DNA of 64,000 nt. It comes from Octopus vulgaris (lineage: Eukaryota). The notes beneath the pieces were generated by a model that saw only the letters and a program-made list of their open reading frames with translations, did no database searches and had not been told where the DNA came from. Location of the stretch: contig OX597815.1 of the NCBI GenBank assembly GCA_951406725.2, positions 188,108,001 to 188,172,000 of the forward strand. The letters are read 5' to 3'. This document shows positions 38,120 to 50,340 of this stretch, piece by piece (the first letter of the stretch is position 1; the number at the start of each line of letters is the position of its first letter). A program made the translations under genes and the position numbers.

Positions 38120-38760
38120 CCAGATCCACTGATATGCTTTCACTCATATCTCTCGTCAGATCTCCATGCACCATTTCATACAGAGTATTATGGGATCATT
38201 TTGGAATATTTGAGTATTTCAAGTCACTGAGGCATTTGTTCACAGTGGTTGTCCTTTTATGTAATAGGCAGTACCTAAAACTATAATAATTAATCAAGTT
38301 CAGCATTATTACCTGAAATATGAAGAATTCCCAGAGGCTTAGTACCAAATCCAGTTCTTTTGGTTTTTTTATATTTGTCATCTCTGTTGGTATTATTGCA
38401 GTTTTGTTTCAATGTACACAGCCATGCAGAAAGCCATGATGATCTCATGACATTCCCCTTCTCTTTCAATCTCTCTCTCTCGTATAAGATGTTTACGACA
38501 TGTCTACTAGCCATAATAAACAATATCAATAAATGGATAAATAATCGTTGCTTCAAACTAAACACCACAAAATCAGAAATCAGGGTTTCCTTTTTTTTTT
38601 TTGCTTCCATCAAACATGGCAAGGTCATTATTAAAGCCATCTGTCTTCATAGCACAAATATACATATCTCTCCAGAGGCAAAAATTCTTGATGTTATATT
38701 AGATAAACCCATGACTTTCAACTAACATGTCAACTAACTCATTTGTCACTCATTTCTCTG
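38120..38760 (+). pseudogene. reverse-transcriptase relic of an L2/CR1-group LINE
   Basis: DLHAPF (DLSAAF), IPRGLVPNPVLL (VPQGSVLGPLLF), HSHAESHDD (H.YADD), INKWINNRCFKLNTTKSE (I..W...N.LKLN..KTE) and KILDVILDKPMTF (KNLGV..D..L.F) occur in the correct order. Confidence 0.8.
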
Positions 38761-38944
38761 TTCTGTGTAACAAAAAAATATCAGGAAATTTCTGGCCATT
38801 GATCAGATTAAAGTTCTCATTAACTCCATTTTGGTTTCAAGCACTAACTATTGTCGTTTCCTCTTTCTTTCGATATCTTCTGAACAAGACCGGAAGAATC
38901 AAATGCCTTCTTTTTTAAAATATTGCTAAGAAAAAGAAAAAAAT

Positions 38945-39275
38945 TGTGGCTGTGTGCTAAGAATTTTGCTTCCCAGCCACACGGTCTCAGGTTCAGTCCC
39001 ACTGCGTGGCATCTTGAGCAAGTGCCTTTGACTATAGCCTTGGGCCAACCAAAGCCTTTTGAGTGGATTTGGTTCAGAGAAACTTAAAGAAGCCTGTCGT
39101 ATATATGTATGCATATGTGTGTGTGGCTGTGTGGTAAGTAGCTTGCTTCCCAACCACATGGTTCCGGGTTCAGTCCCACTGAATGTCACCTTGGGCAAGT
39201 GTCTTCTACCATAGCCTCGGGGCAACCAAAGCCTTGTGAGTGGATTTGGTAGATGGAAATTGAAAGAAGCTTGTC

Positions 39276-39321
<46 letters not shown>

Positions 39322-39790
39322 TGTGTGTGTATATGTTTGTGTGTTTGTCTCCCCAACATAGCTTGACAACTGATGCTGGTGCATTTACGTCCCTGTAACT
39401 TAGTGGTTCGGCAAAAGAGACCAATACAATAAGTATTAGGCTTACAATGAATAAATCCTGGGGGTCGATTTGCTCTCAAGTAAAGGTGGTGCTCCAGCAT
39501 GGCTACAGTCAAATAATTGAAACAAGCAAAAGCATACATACATATATGTCTGTGTGTGTGTTTTTCTAGCTGTATTTGTTCCTCACTACTGCTTGACAAC
39601 TGGTGTTGGTGTGTTTATACCCTCATTACTTAGCAGTTTGGCAAAAGCGACTGATAAAATATGTACCAGGTTTAAAAAACAGAAAATAAATCCTGGGGGA
39701 GGGGGGTTCAATTCATTCAACTAAAAAAAATTCTTCAAGATGGTGCCCCAGCATGGCCACAGGCTACTGACTGAAACAAGTAAAAGATAC
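38945..39790 (+). mobile_element. cluster of S1 SINE pieces (head, full copy and an extra tail)
   Basis: Family matches. Confidence 0.8.
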
Positions 39791-40320
39791 ACGATAAAAG
39801 ACAGAACCCATCACAAGGCATTTCATCCGAAGCTCTAACGACTCTGCCTAATTACCACTGAACGGCACCAACGAAAACAACATATACACATAAAACATTC
39901 CGTTCCTAATATGATGTAAACTCTACTTTTATATGGAACTGACCTACAACAATCTATTCTCAGAAACTACTTCAAGCCAATACCATCATCATCATCATCA
40001 TCATCAGTAAGTAGTGGGTATAGGAAAGTATGGATAGAACACCATGGTTCCTAAATGTGGAACACACAGCCATCAGATATCAGAAAAGCTCTAGTTCAGA
40101 CTTCAAAAGGAAGCTATAAAGTTTATTTTTAATGGAATATGAATATTTCTTTCAAAATGTAAAATAATATCCTCTTAGCAGCGTATACAGATTCCACAGT
40201 ACTCTGGAACGATGTTAAGTTTGGTAAACAAACATGCAACTCAGAGCAATATGCTTCATCATCATTATCAGACTTTGCATAATAATAATAATGATGATAA
40301 TAATAATAATAATAATAAAT

Positions 40321-40813
40321 GCCCTGATGCAGTACCAGGCAGTGGCTCTCATGGCTTCTGATCTTAACTGATTGGAAGTGTTATCATGTACATTGTTTTG
40401 TTTTGGTATAAAAGATGGGCTACAGCAAATATTCTGCTCAATACCACAGATTGCTTGTCAGTTGTTTGACCTTAACCAGTTGAGCATGTCCCCTCAGTGG
40501 CTGATGATATGTGCATCTCTGATCATGAGCAGAAGTAGTGGGGGAGCATCATAGCCATGTGTTGAGAGGAATTCTTTGGGGTTTGAATAATTCACCTCTG
40601 GAAACATGGGTGGTTCTTTCAACATCCTTAAACAACCCTTATTCAGTCATGTGCTGTTTACTTTGATATGAGATCACCATGTCGCGCACATATGGTTGTG
40701 ATGCATGTGCCTGGTGTACCCTTATCAGACGGGTAGTCATGATGGGTATATTGATTGGGCTTCGTATATTTTACCCCAGTGTCACTTTGATGGCATGAAC
40801 TGCTCTCTCACTC
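40321..40813. mobile_element. unclassified element of about 490 bp flanked by (AAT)n on both sides
   Basis: Sharp GC-richer block between AAT runs 40280-40318 and 40814-40830; no ORF recognised. Confidence 0.5.
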
Positions 40814-40834
40814 AATAATAATAATAATAAATAT

Positions 40835-41491
40835 ATATTCATCTGGGTAATTTGCAAAAACCTGGACCTGCCCCATGATAAAAACTGGTGGTGGGAACAC
40901 AAACCACCTCCAGTGCTTGAAAATGATCACATCTCACTCCTCTGGAATTTCACTGTTCAAACTGACAGAAAAATAGATGCAAATGGGCCAGAGATTACAT
41001 TGAAAGACTTCAGACAAAAATCATGCCTCCTCATTGATATGACTGTCCCAATCGATATAAAGGTACCTGTCAAGACCGACCAAAAACTGAGCAAGTATAA
41101 AGATCTCGAAATAGAAATTGGCAAAATGTGGAAAGTGAAGACTAAAACAATACCTGTTGTTATAGGTGCCCTAAGAATGATAGCAAAAGGGGCTGATTGC
41201 TACCTAGCTCAGATACCAGGAAACCTCAAAATGGCAGAAATTCAGAAGATAGTGCTCATGGGAACTGCCCATATCCAACGTAAAATACTATGTAATCTCA
41301 AATTTTAAAACAAACTTATATTTTTCTTATGGTTTCTTAAACATTCTATAGAACAATACCATATATATGCAAAACCATATATATGGCACCCTAGGCATAA
41401 CACCAACAGGAACTTCTAACTCGTTGTCTCTTGAGGTGTTTGGGTGAGACTTGGAACCAACTTGTTCAAATACAAAGCAAAAAAGTCAAAC

Positions 41492-41494
<3 letters not shown>
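40835..41494 (+). mobile_element. 5'-truncated R4/Dong-like non-LTR retrotransposon (RLE domain and 3' UTR)
   Basis: WVICKNLDLPHDKNWWWEHKPPPVLENDHISLLWNFTVQTDRKIDANGPEI...LLIDMTVPID...KLSKYKDLEIEIGKMW..TKTIPVVIGALRMI; PD..D..K RLE motif (PD changed to PE); stop at 41308; ends in (TAA)n. Confidence 0.9.
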
Positions 41495-41528
<34 letters not shown>

Positions 41529-41532
41529 TAAC

Positions 41533-41569
<37 letters not shown>

Positions 41570-41804
41570 GTTCATAAGCAAGCTCAGATACTAGGGAAAA
41601 TACTATGTAATCTTAAATTTTAAAACAAACTTTATAATTTTCTTATGGTTTCTTGAACATTCACTAGAACAATACTATGTGCAAAACCAAATATATGACA
41701 CCCTAGGCATAACACCATGAACTTCTAATTTGTTGTCTCTTGGGGTTTCTGGGTGAGACTTGGAACCAACTTGTACAAATACAAAGCAAAAAGCAAACAT
41801 ACAG
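41570..41804 (+). mobile_element. second, shorter copy of the same R4-like 3' end
   Basis: AAAATACTATGTAATC...GGGTGAGACTTGGAACCAACTTGT.CAAATACAAAGCAAAAA duplicates 41282-41490. Confidence 0.9.
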
Positions 41805-41822
41805 ATAATAATGATGAAGATG

Positions 41823-41853
<31 letters not shown>

Positions 41854-42008
41854 TAATAATGATGAAGATGATAATAATAATAATGATGAAGATGATAATA
41901 ATGATAATAATGATGAAGATGATAATAATAACGATGATGATAATAATAATAATGATAATAATAACGATAATAATAATGATAATAATGATGATAATAATAA
42001 TAATAATG

Positions 42009-42082
<74 letters not shown>
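41805..42082. repeat. (AAT)n/(GAT)n trinucleotide array
   Basis: Read directly. Confidence 0.95.
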
Positions 42083-42084
42083 TC

Positions 42085-42345
42085 TTATCTGCTTTCCATG
42101 CTTGCATAGGTTAGACAGTTTGACTAGACTGGTAAACTGGAGAGCTGCAGTCTCATTTTACTTGGTGTTTATGGCAGGATGCCCTTCCTAATGCCAACCA
42201 CTCCAGGAGTTTGGTGGGTGCTTTTACATGTCACCAGCACAGGTACCTTTTATGTGTTACTAGCACCAGCCACGACTACGATTTCACTTTGATGTATCTT
42301 CTCAGGCACAGCAAATCACCAAATGTCTCAATCACTTGTCATCAC
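42085..42345 (-). mobile_element. RTE 3' UTR, diverged
   Basis: Family match. Confidence 0.65.
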
Positions 42346-42354
42346 CTCTGTGAA

Positions 42355-43790
42355 TAATAATAAAAATCCTTTCAAGTATAGGCAAAAGGCCTGCGATTTT
42401 TGTAGGAGTTAGTTGATTACATTGACCCCCAACAACCGGCTAGTATGTATTTTAATGACCATAAAATAATGAATGGCTAGGTCAACCCTAATGGAATTTG
42501 AACTCAGAATGTAAAGGTGGATGAAATACTGCTAGGCATTTTGTATGGTGTACTAACAATTCTGCCAGCTCAATAATAGCAATAATAATAATAATTATGG
42601 TTTCAAATTTTGGCATAGGGCCAGCAAATTCGGGGAGGGGTAAGTCAATTACGCTGACCCCAGAGTTCAACTGGTACTTATCTTTTTTCTACTCTAGTCT
42701 CAAAGCCCAAAATTTGGGGGGGGGGGAGGGGGCCAGTCGATTAGATTGACCCCATTACACTACTGGTACTTAATTTATTGACCCTTTGCGGAATTTGAAC
42801 CCAGAATGTAAAGACAGATGAGGCACTGCTAAGCATTTCGCCCGGCGTGCTAAAGTTTCTGCCAGCTCACTGCAACTCTGAAATGATGAAAAGCAAAGTC
42901 GACCTCAGCAGAATTTTAACTCAGAACTCGAAGATGGATAAAATGCCGCTAAGCATTTAGCCCAGCATACTAACGATTCTGCCAGCTCACTGCCTTGATA
43001 ATAACCCTTTCTAAAATAAGCACAAGGCCTGAAGTTTGGGGGGATGGGACTAGTCAATCATATTGATTCCAGGAGTTGACTGGTATATATTTTACCAACC
43101 CCGAAAGGATGAAACGCAAAACTGATCTCAGCAGAATTTGAACTCAGAGCATAGCGACAGATAAAATACCAATTTCTTTACTACCCACAAGGGGCTAAAC
43201 ACAGAGAGGACATACAAGGACAAACAGATTAAGTCGATTATATCGACCCCAGTGCGTAACTGGTATTTATTTAATCGACCCTGAAAGGATGAAAAGCAAA
43301 GTTGACCTCGGCGGAACTTGAACTCAAGATGAAATACCGCTGAGCATTTTGCCCAGCGTGCTAACGCTTCTGCCAGCTCGACATAAAATACTGTGAAGCA
43401 TTTTGCCTGGTGTGCTAAAAATTCTGCCAGCTCCCCACTCCTTGACCATAATAACAATAATAATTATTTCTTTATTGCCCACAGGGGGCTAAACATAGAG
43501 GGGACAAACAAGAACAGACAAAGGGATTAAGTTGATTACATCTTCTCCCATGCATAACTGGTTCTAATTTAATCGACCTCAAAAGGATGAAAGGCAAAAG
43601 TCAACCTCGGTGGATTTTGAACTCAAAATGTAATGGCAGACGAAATACTACTAAGCATTCCCTCCCAGTACGATAACAATTCTGCCAGCTCACTGCCCTT
43701 AATAATTATTTCTAATTTAGGCACAAGGACAGTAGTTTTGATGTGAGAGATCAATCGATACCATCTATCTCAGCATTTGACAGGTATTCT
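42355..43790 (-). mobile_element. dense cluster of about 8 whole or partial S2 SINEs, all on the minus strand
   Basis: Repeated GAATTTGAACTCAGAA / TTCTGCCAGCTC blocks. Confidence 0.85.
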
Positions 43791-43804
43791 ATACATACCA
43801 TATA

Positions 43805-44215
43805 GACACAGGAGTGGCTGTGTGGTAAGTAGCTTGCTTACCAACCACATGGTTCCGGGTTCAGTCCCACTGCGTGGTACCTTGGCTAAATGTCTTCTAC
43901 TATAGCCTCGGGCCGACCAAAGCCTTGTGAGTGGATTTGGTAGACGGAAACTGAAAGAAGCCCATTGTATATGTGTATATATATGTATGTGCATATATGT
44001 TTGTGTGTCTGTGTTTGTCCCCCTAGCATTGCTTGACAACCGATGCTGGTGTGTTTGTGTCTCTGTCACTTAGCAGTTCGGCAAAAGAGACCACTAGAAT
44101 AAGTACTGGGCTTACAAAAAAGAATAAGTCCCGGGGTCGAGTTGCTCGACTAAAGGCGGTGCTCCAGCATGGCCGCAGTCAAATGACTGAAACAAGTAAA
44201 GGAGTAAAAGAGAGT
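43805..44215 (+). mobile_element. S1 SINE, full length
   Basis: Family match. Confidence 0.9.
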
Positions 44216-44484
44216 ATGCGAAAGCTAAAGTTGAGGATTTGAACTCAGAATGTAAAGATTTTCATAAATACTGCAGATAATGACTGTTTTACATCCTTGA
44301 CTCGAGTCAGCTGAAATTCATTGACACAGATTTTCAACAGCTGTATGTTCTCCCCATCATCAACCCTCCACAATGTTTTACAAGTAGGATAATTTTTGTT
44401 CTGTTACTTCTCTTAATTTTTGTTCTGTTACTTCTCTTATGTCTGATGACGTATAGGACACTTGTTTCCTGCAGAATGTAAACA

Positions 44485-44895
44485 GGCACAGAAGTGGCTG
44501 TGTGGTAAGTAGCTTGCTAACCAACCACATGGTTCCGGGTTCAGTCCCACTGTGTGGAACCTTGGGCAAGTGTCTTCTGCTATAGCCCCGGGCCGACCAA
44601 TGCCTTGTGAGTGGATTTGGTAGACGGAAACTGAAAGAAGCCTGTCGTATATATGTATATATATATATATATGTGTGTGTGTGTATGTGTGTTTGTGTGT
44701 CTGTGTTTGTCCCCCTAGCATTGCTTGACAACCATGCTGGTGTGTTTACGTCCCCGTCACTTAGCGGTTCGGCAAAAGAGACCGATAGAATAAGTACTGG
44801 GCTTACAAAGACTAAGTCCCAGGGTTGATTTGCTCAACTAACGGTGGTGCTCCAGCATGGCCACAGTCAAATGACTGAAACAAGTAAAAGAGTAT
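44485..44895 (+). mobile_element. S1 SINE, full length
   Basis: Family match. Confidence 0.9.
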
Positions 44896-45009
44896 TACTG
44901 TGTTTTGTTCTTCATTCAGACAGGTTCATTAAGAGAGTTTAAATTGACATTCACACACTCAAACATGGGAACGTGTAAGTGTGGTGTGTGTGTGTAGTCA
45001 ATTTTTTTT

Positions 45010-45764
45010 TGGACGGATGGTGCTCTTTACGTGCCACCAGCACAGGGGCCAGGCGAGGCTGGCAATGGCCACGATTGGATGGTGCTTTTTACGTGCCACC
45101 AGCACGGAGGCCAGTCGGGGTGACGCTGGCAACAGCCACGGTCGGATGGTTCGCTTACGTGTCACCGGCACTGGTATCACAGCTATAATTTCCATTGATG
45201 TTGATCGACTTCGATTTTGGTTCTGATTTCTGATATCTGATTTGATTTGATTTGATTTCCACTTGCCTCAACGGGTCTTCACAAGTGGAGTTTTGTGTCC
45301 CAAGAAGGAAAGGTATGCATAAGTCGACTGGCTACATCCCAGGTAGAGGCCACAGGTTATGGTCTCACTAGTCCAACCAGGTCTTCTCACATACAGCATA
45401 CTTCCATAGGTCTCAGTCTCTAGTCATTTCCTCGGTGAGACCTAAAGTTCGAAAGTCGTTCTTCACCACCTCGTCCCAGGTTTTCCTGGGTCTACCTCTT
45501 CCACAGGTTCCCTCAACCGCCAGGGTGTGGCACTTTTGCACACAACTATCTTCAGCCATTCTCGTCACATGACCATACCAGCACAAACGTCTCTCTTGCA
45601 CACCACAACTGATGCTTCTTAGGTCTAGTTTTTCTCTCAAAGTACTTACACTCTGTCGATTATGAACACTGACATTACACATCCATCGGAGCATACTGGC
45701 TTCATTTCTTGCGAGCTTACGCATATCCTCAGCAGTCATGACCCATGTTTCACTACCATGTAGC

Positions 45765-45765
<1 letters not shown>
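45010..45765 (-). mobile_element. RTE-clade LINE ORF2 C-terminus and 3' UTR
   Basis: LHGSETWVMTAEDMRKLARNEASMLRWMCNV...RRLCWYGHVTRM...GRGRPRKTWDEVV (YGSE.W, RRL.W.GHV.RM and RGRP...W motifs). Confidence 0.9.
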
Positions 45766-45784
<19 letters not shown>

Positions 45785-45805
<21 letters not shown>

Positions 45806-46016
45806 GTGTGTGTGTGTATTTTTTGTGTGTGTCTCCTCAAAATCGCTTGACAACCGATGCTGCTGTGTTTATGTCCCCGTAACTTAGTGGTTCGGCAAAA
45901 GAGACTGATAGAATAAGTACTAAGCTTACAAAGAATAAGTCCCGGAGTCAATTTGCTCAACTAAAGGCGGTGCTCCAGCATGGCTGTAGTCAAATGACCG
46001 AAACAAGTAAAAGAGT
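45785..46016 (+). mobile_element. S1 SINE 3' half
   Basis: Family match. Confidence 0.85.
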
Positions 46017-46041
46017 AGTATATATATATATATATATACTA

Positions 46042-46089
<48 letters not shown>

Positions 46090-46719
46090 GAGGTGTATTC
46101 CGTTAAGAATGTATTAGAGTACAAAATAGAGTTCATTCACCCTTAGAATTAGCAGATAGCCAGCAGTATTATAGTATACTACCGATTCTAGGCTTAGGCA
46201 TTTCTTGTATGTGTATGTATGTATGTATGTATGGGGATGCCCAGAGATGTAGTGGCATATCTGTGTGTGAGTGATTGTAAGAGCGCACGTGTGAGTGCAT
46301 TTGCGAATAAAAAAAAATTTAGCATGTGCAGCCTAACATGTGAAACAAAGTAAACAGACAATGTACACAATGCTGCTCATGTCAAGCATGTAGAGGCGAG
46401 CTCACAGCGAGCGGATTGGAACTGTCAGCGTCTGCTAGATTCAAAAGAGCCAGTTAGATGTAACAGCATCAAAATCAAACATTTACTTATGGAAACAGTG
46501 ATTATATATATCACCTAAGGAGATACAACAGGTAAACTGTTAATTAATTCAAATTTAAATCCTATATATATATATGTGGTTCAATGCTGTATCGAAATGT
46601 GTAGTGGTTATTAAACAGCTGTCAAAACGTACTCCCTCTTCCTTTTGACTATATATATATATATATATATTTATATATGTAAGAATGGTGCTGAATGACG
46701 AATTAACAAAATTCCTTTA

Positions 46720-46802
46720 TTTTTGACATATGTTTCGAAGGCTGCATATTCCTAATTGCGAAGGAATAAGGAGTACATTATGCCGCTTTCTCATCAGGAA
46801 AA
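46720..46802 (-). ncRNA. mirror hammerhead copy with a mismatch at the first stem I pair
   Basis: Reverse complement of 46943-47025 but reads GTC-AAAAA. Confidence 0.75.
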
Positions 46803-46942
46803 GCAAGGAACTTATGTCAACATCAAAATGCACAAAAAACTTTTAGATGATTGCTCACATGGAGCCCATAGCGGTGTGGGCTCCGTGTGAGCAATCATCT
46901 AAAAGTTTTTTGTGCATTTTGATGTTGACATAAGTTCCTTGC

Positions 46943-47025
46943 TTTTCCTGATGAGAAAGCGGCATAATGTACTCCTTATTCCTTCGCAATTAGGAATATG
47001 CAGCCTTCGAAACATATGTCGAAAA
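46943..47025 (+). ncRNA. complete type I hammerhead ribozyme
   Basis: Stem I TTTTC/GAAAA; CTGATGA 46948-46954; stem II 46955-46966/46997-47008 (10 of 12 bp); GAAAC 47009-47013; palindromic ACATATGT stem III; canonical GTC, predicted cut after 47020. Confidence 0.85.
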
Positions 47026-47254
47026 TAAAGGAATTTTGTTAATTCGTCGTTCAGCTCCATTCTTACATATATTTATATTTTTTAAATAAACATACAAATT
47101 TCCACACGAAAGCACGTAAGCTATGCCCTAGACACGTAACTTCAACCGTGTTTTTTCTGATGTGAATTTTGCTACCCAGGTATCAGTTAATTCGAATTAT
47201 CCTTAATAAGATAATTCATTCAACTACTCATATATATATATATATATATATATA

Positions 47255-47570
47255 TACTAGCAGCTAAGCCCAGTTTCACCTGGTCTGTTTGGATGATGTG
47301 GCTGTGATTGTTTTCGGTTAGGCATAATCTATAACAGCATTTCTGAACTTTATCATTTCGGGTCCCGTTTCGATTGGGGCCTCCAGCTGTATGAAAATTT
47401 TCTCAGTAAGTATGGGGGCTAGGAAAAAAATACAAACTGCATTCCAATCTATGCACCTGTCTCCACATGTGTGCCATTTTTCATGCGAATCCCCCTGGCC
47501 GTTTGGCTGTGAACCTCAAGACAAGAAAGAATACAATGATCGCCCATGTCCAATTTATATTATAGATATA
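47255..47570 (+). mobile_element. Helentron/DINE-1-type element, diverged
   Basis: TACTAGCAGCTAAGCCC 5' end in (TA)n; TTTATATTATAGAT 3' end. Confidence 0.5.
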
Positions 47571-48102
47571 TACACATATACACATATATGTATATCTGAT
47601 GCCTCTCTTTCTGCCTGCCTGTTTGTTTATTTGTCTGTCTTACCCTCTCTCTCTCATATATATGTATAAGTGTGTGTGTATGGCTGTGTGACTTCGTATT
47701 TACCATTGTCTTCATGTGTATTCATTCATTGTAAGCAAAAGGCTCATCCATACAGTGCAGTTTGTTTCCACTTCTCCATGTAGCCATGTCTGAGTAGTTC
47801 ATTGCTTGACAGACTGGGTGAGTATTCCCCTACTTCAAAACAGGTGAAGGCTGGTGACAGGAAGTGCATCCAGCTGTGGAAACTTAACTACAATGTAGCA
47901 TGGATGTTGATGATATACGATAACATTCAATTATATTCTCAATTCTTCTAAGATATTTTAATTCTCAACATTTTAGATTATCACATATGATCAAAAAAGG
48001 AAAAACCAAAAATATCCTTCAAAGCTGAGGTAAATAGAAATTTCCATTAGTCATTAATCATTTCAATGCTATTTATAACTAAATGGTTTATTTTTGCCTT
48101 AA

Positions 48103-48339
48103 CCCTTTAATATTCAGATTATTCTTGTCCCATTTAAATTCTTATTCATTCGCATTGGTCTGAATTAATCATGCAGTATCTTGTAACCTTTATATTTCAA
48201 TGATACAATTGAATATTTTTAGAATGACGCTGTACGGTAACATTCTAGAATGACATAGTAAGAGGCTAGATTTTGACAGTTTGAACATAAAACAGGTAGA
48301 ATATTTGAGTCAGATATGGCTGGTTTAAATGCTTAAAGG
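48103..48339. mobile_element. TTAA-flanked (piggyBac-type) MITE
   Basis: TTAA at 48099-48102 and 48340-48343; degenerate TIRs CCCTTTAATATT / AATGCTTAAAGG. Confidence 0.65.
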
Positions 48340-48411
48340 TTAAGCAGTATTGTGGGACAGAAAGTACAAACCCTCAACATACATCATCAAATAAAAAATA
48401 CAATTTTATTT

Positions 48412-48681
48412 TGTTGTGTCTGGGGAGAGTCATTTTCTTTTTGTGCCTTATGATGTAACACACTCACTGGTAAAATTTCCACTCATTTACTTATTTATTT
48501 TTCTAAATCTTTTGTTGTGTCTTGCAACCTTTTCAATAGTCTTGAGTCAAGACTATTGAAAAGGTTGCAAGAAGCAATGAAAATTTTAGGAAAATAAGAA
48601 TAAGAAATAAGTGGAAATTTTACCAGTGAGTGTGTTAAATCATAAGGCACAAAAAGAAAATGACTCTCCCCAGACACAACA
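48412..48681. mobile_element. fold-back (palindromic) MITE-like element, 270 bp
   Basis: TGTTGTGTCTGGGGAGAGTCATTTTC.../...GAAAATGACTCTCCCCAGACACAACA; centre TCTTGA-G-TCAAGA at 48546. Confidence 0.85.
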
Positions 48682-49187
48682 GAATATGCTTCAACACATA
48701 AACTCATATAAAGTATCTTGCAAACCAAATCCAAAAACGAAACAATTTTATTTCATAAACCTGCAATGGCTGGTTCAACTAACAAGGCTACAGCTGAAAC
48801 AGAAGAGGAATGAAATTTTTTTTGAATTTACAATCACAAAAGATTTCTATAAATAAGCGAACAAACAAGCAATATCTCAGTAGATGGCAATTAATCATCA
48901 ATAAGAAAACAAAAGAGGAATAAGATAAAATAGAAAATTAAACAAAGGGAAAAGCTATTATTGCAAAAAATGTAAATTAAATTTTGTGACAGGAAAAGAC
49001 CATAAATCAGTTGGTAAAATTTATTTTCTCTCATTTGTAGGTAAGTTTAATGATGATGATGTTGCTGTTGAGATTCTACTTGGTCATCTTAAATTGACCA
49101 ATAACATTGCAAGTGTGGCTATGAGTACTATCAGAACAAAAAATTATAGATTTTGAACTCATTAGGATGTTTTAATAACATCTTAAA

Positions 49188-49605
49188 TACCTATTTCTTT
49201 ACTACCCACAAGGGACTAAACAGAGAGAGGACAAACAAGGACAGACAAATGGATTAAGTCGATTATATCGACCCCAGTGCGTAACTGGTACTTAATTTAT
49301 CGACCCCAAAAGGATGAAAGGCAAAGTCGACCTCGGCGGAATTTGAACTCAGAACGTAGTGGCGGACGAAATACTGCTAAGCATTTCGCCCGGCGTGCTA
49401 ACGTTTCTGCCAGTTCGCCGCCTGTGAAATAACATCCCAGTAAGCAATAACATGTGAAGGCGCATGGCTTAGTGGTTAGGCTGTCAGCTTCATGATCGTA
49501 AGATTGTGGTTTCGATTCCTAGACAGGGCGACATGTTGTGTTCTTGAGCAAAACACTTCATTTCACGTTGCTCCAGTCCACTCAGCTGGCAAAAATGAGT
49601 AACGC
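49188..49605. mobile_element. young S2 SINE (-, 49188-49422) and S4 SINE 5' half (+, 49453-49605)
   Basis: Family matches. Confidence 0.85.
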
Positions 49606-50176
49606 TTTCTTCACTTGCTTATTTTATTATTTTAACTCATGTCCATTGTCCAGAAATCTTTCATCACACATCTGTGACCTCTTCAGTGACACTTTCTATT
49701 TTCATATGTGCACTTGCTTCGCTTACTCCATTCTCTAGTAATAAACTAGTGAAGAAAAAAATATATAGTGCATGTGTTTATTTGGCAAAAAAAAAACAAA
49801 AACAAATTACCATCCCGAAAAACAACATCTGTTTCAACACGCAATTTCATATCAGGAATCTTGTAAAATGAATTGATAAATATACATATATATGATTGAT
49901 CGCTAAATCCACTGTTTTGGCATGGTTTCTATGGCTGGATACTCTACTTAATACCAACCACTTTGCAGAGTGTTCTAGGTGATTTTAATGTGGCATCGGC
50001 GCTGGTGATTTTTATGTGGCACTGGCAGGGCTACTATTCACTAGATTAATGACTTAATGAAAAATAAAATTATCATCTAATGACTTATACAAATTAATAA
50101 AATAACAAAGGGGATAGGAAAACCTTTTTTCTGTCGAGGGCTTATATGCACCTTTATTAAACTATTTTCCTTAGTT

Positions 50177-50340
50177 TACACTCGCGGAGTGGTTGGCTTT
50201 AGGAAGGGCATCCAGCTGTAGAAATACTGCCAGATCAGACTGGAGCCTGGTGCAGCCCCTGGCTTCCCAGACCCCGGTCGAACCGTCCAACCCGTGCTAG
50301 CGCGTAAAACGGACGTTAAACGATGATGATGATGATGATT
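50177..50340 (+). mobile_element. RTE 3' tail inserted into another repeat
   Basis: GGAGTGGTTGGC...CGGACGTTAAACGATGATG. Confidence 0.85.

Larger units (their letters stand above)
46673..47072. repeat. 400-bp near-perfect palindrome (198-bp arms, 4-nt loop at 46871-46874)
   Basis: Position i pairs with 93745-i; 5 differences found by eye. Confidence 0.95.

Noticed and set aside
41703-42191. Poly-Asn/Asp, poly-Ile and poly-Tyr ORFs
   Set aside because: They are translations of the AAT/GAT array.
46673-47072. Arm differences as retrotransposed A-to-I editing marks
   Set aside because: Three of the four T/G differences are in CpG context and are explained more simply by cytosine deamination.
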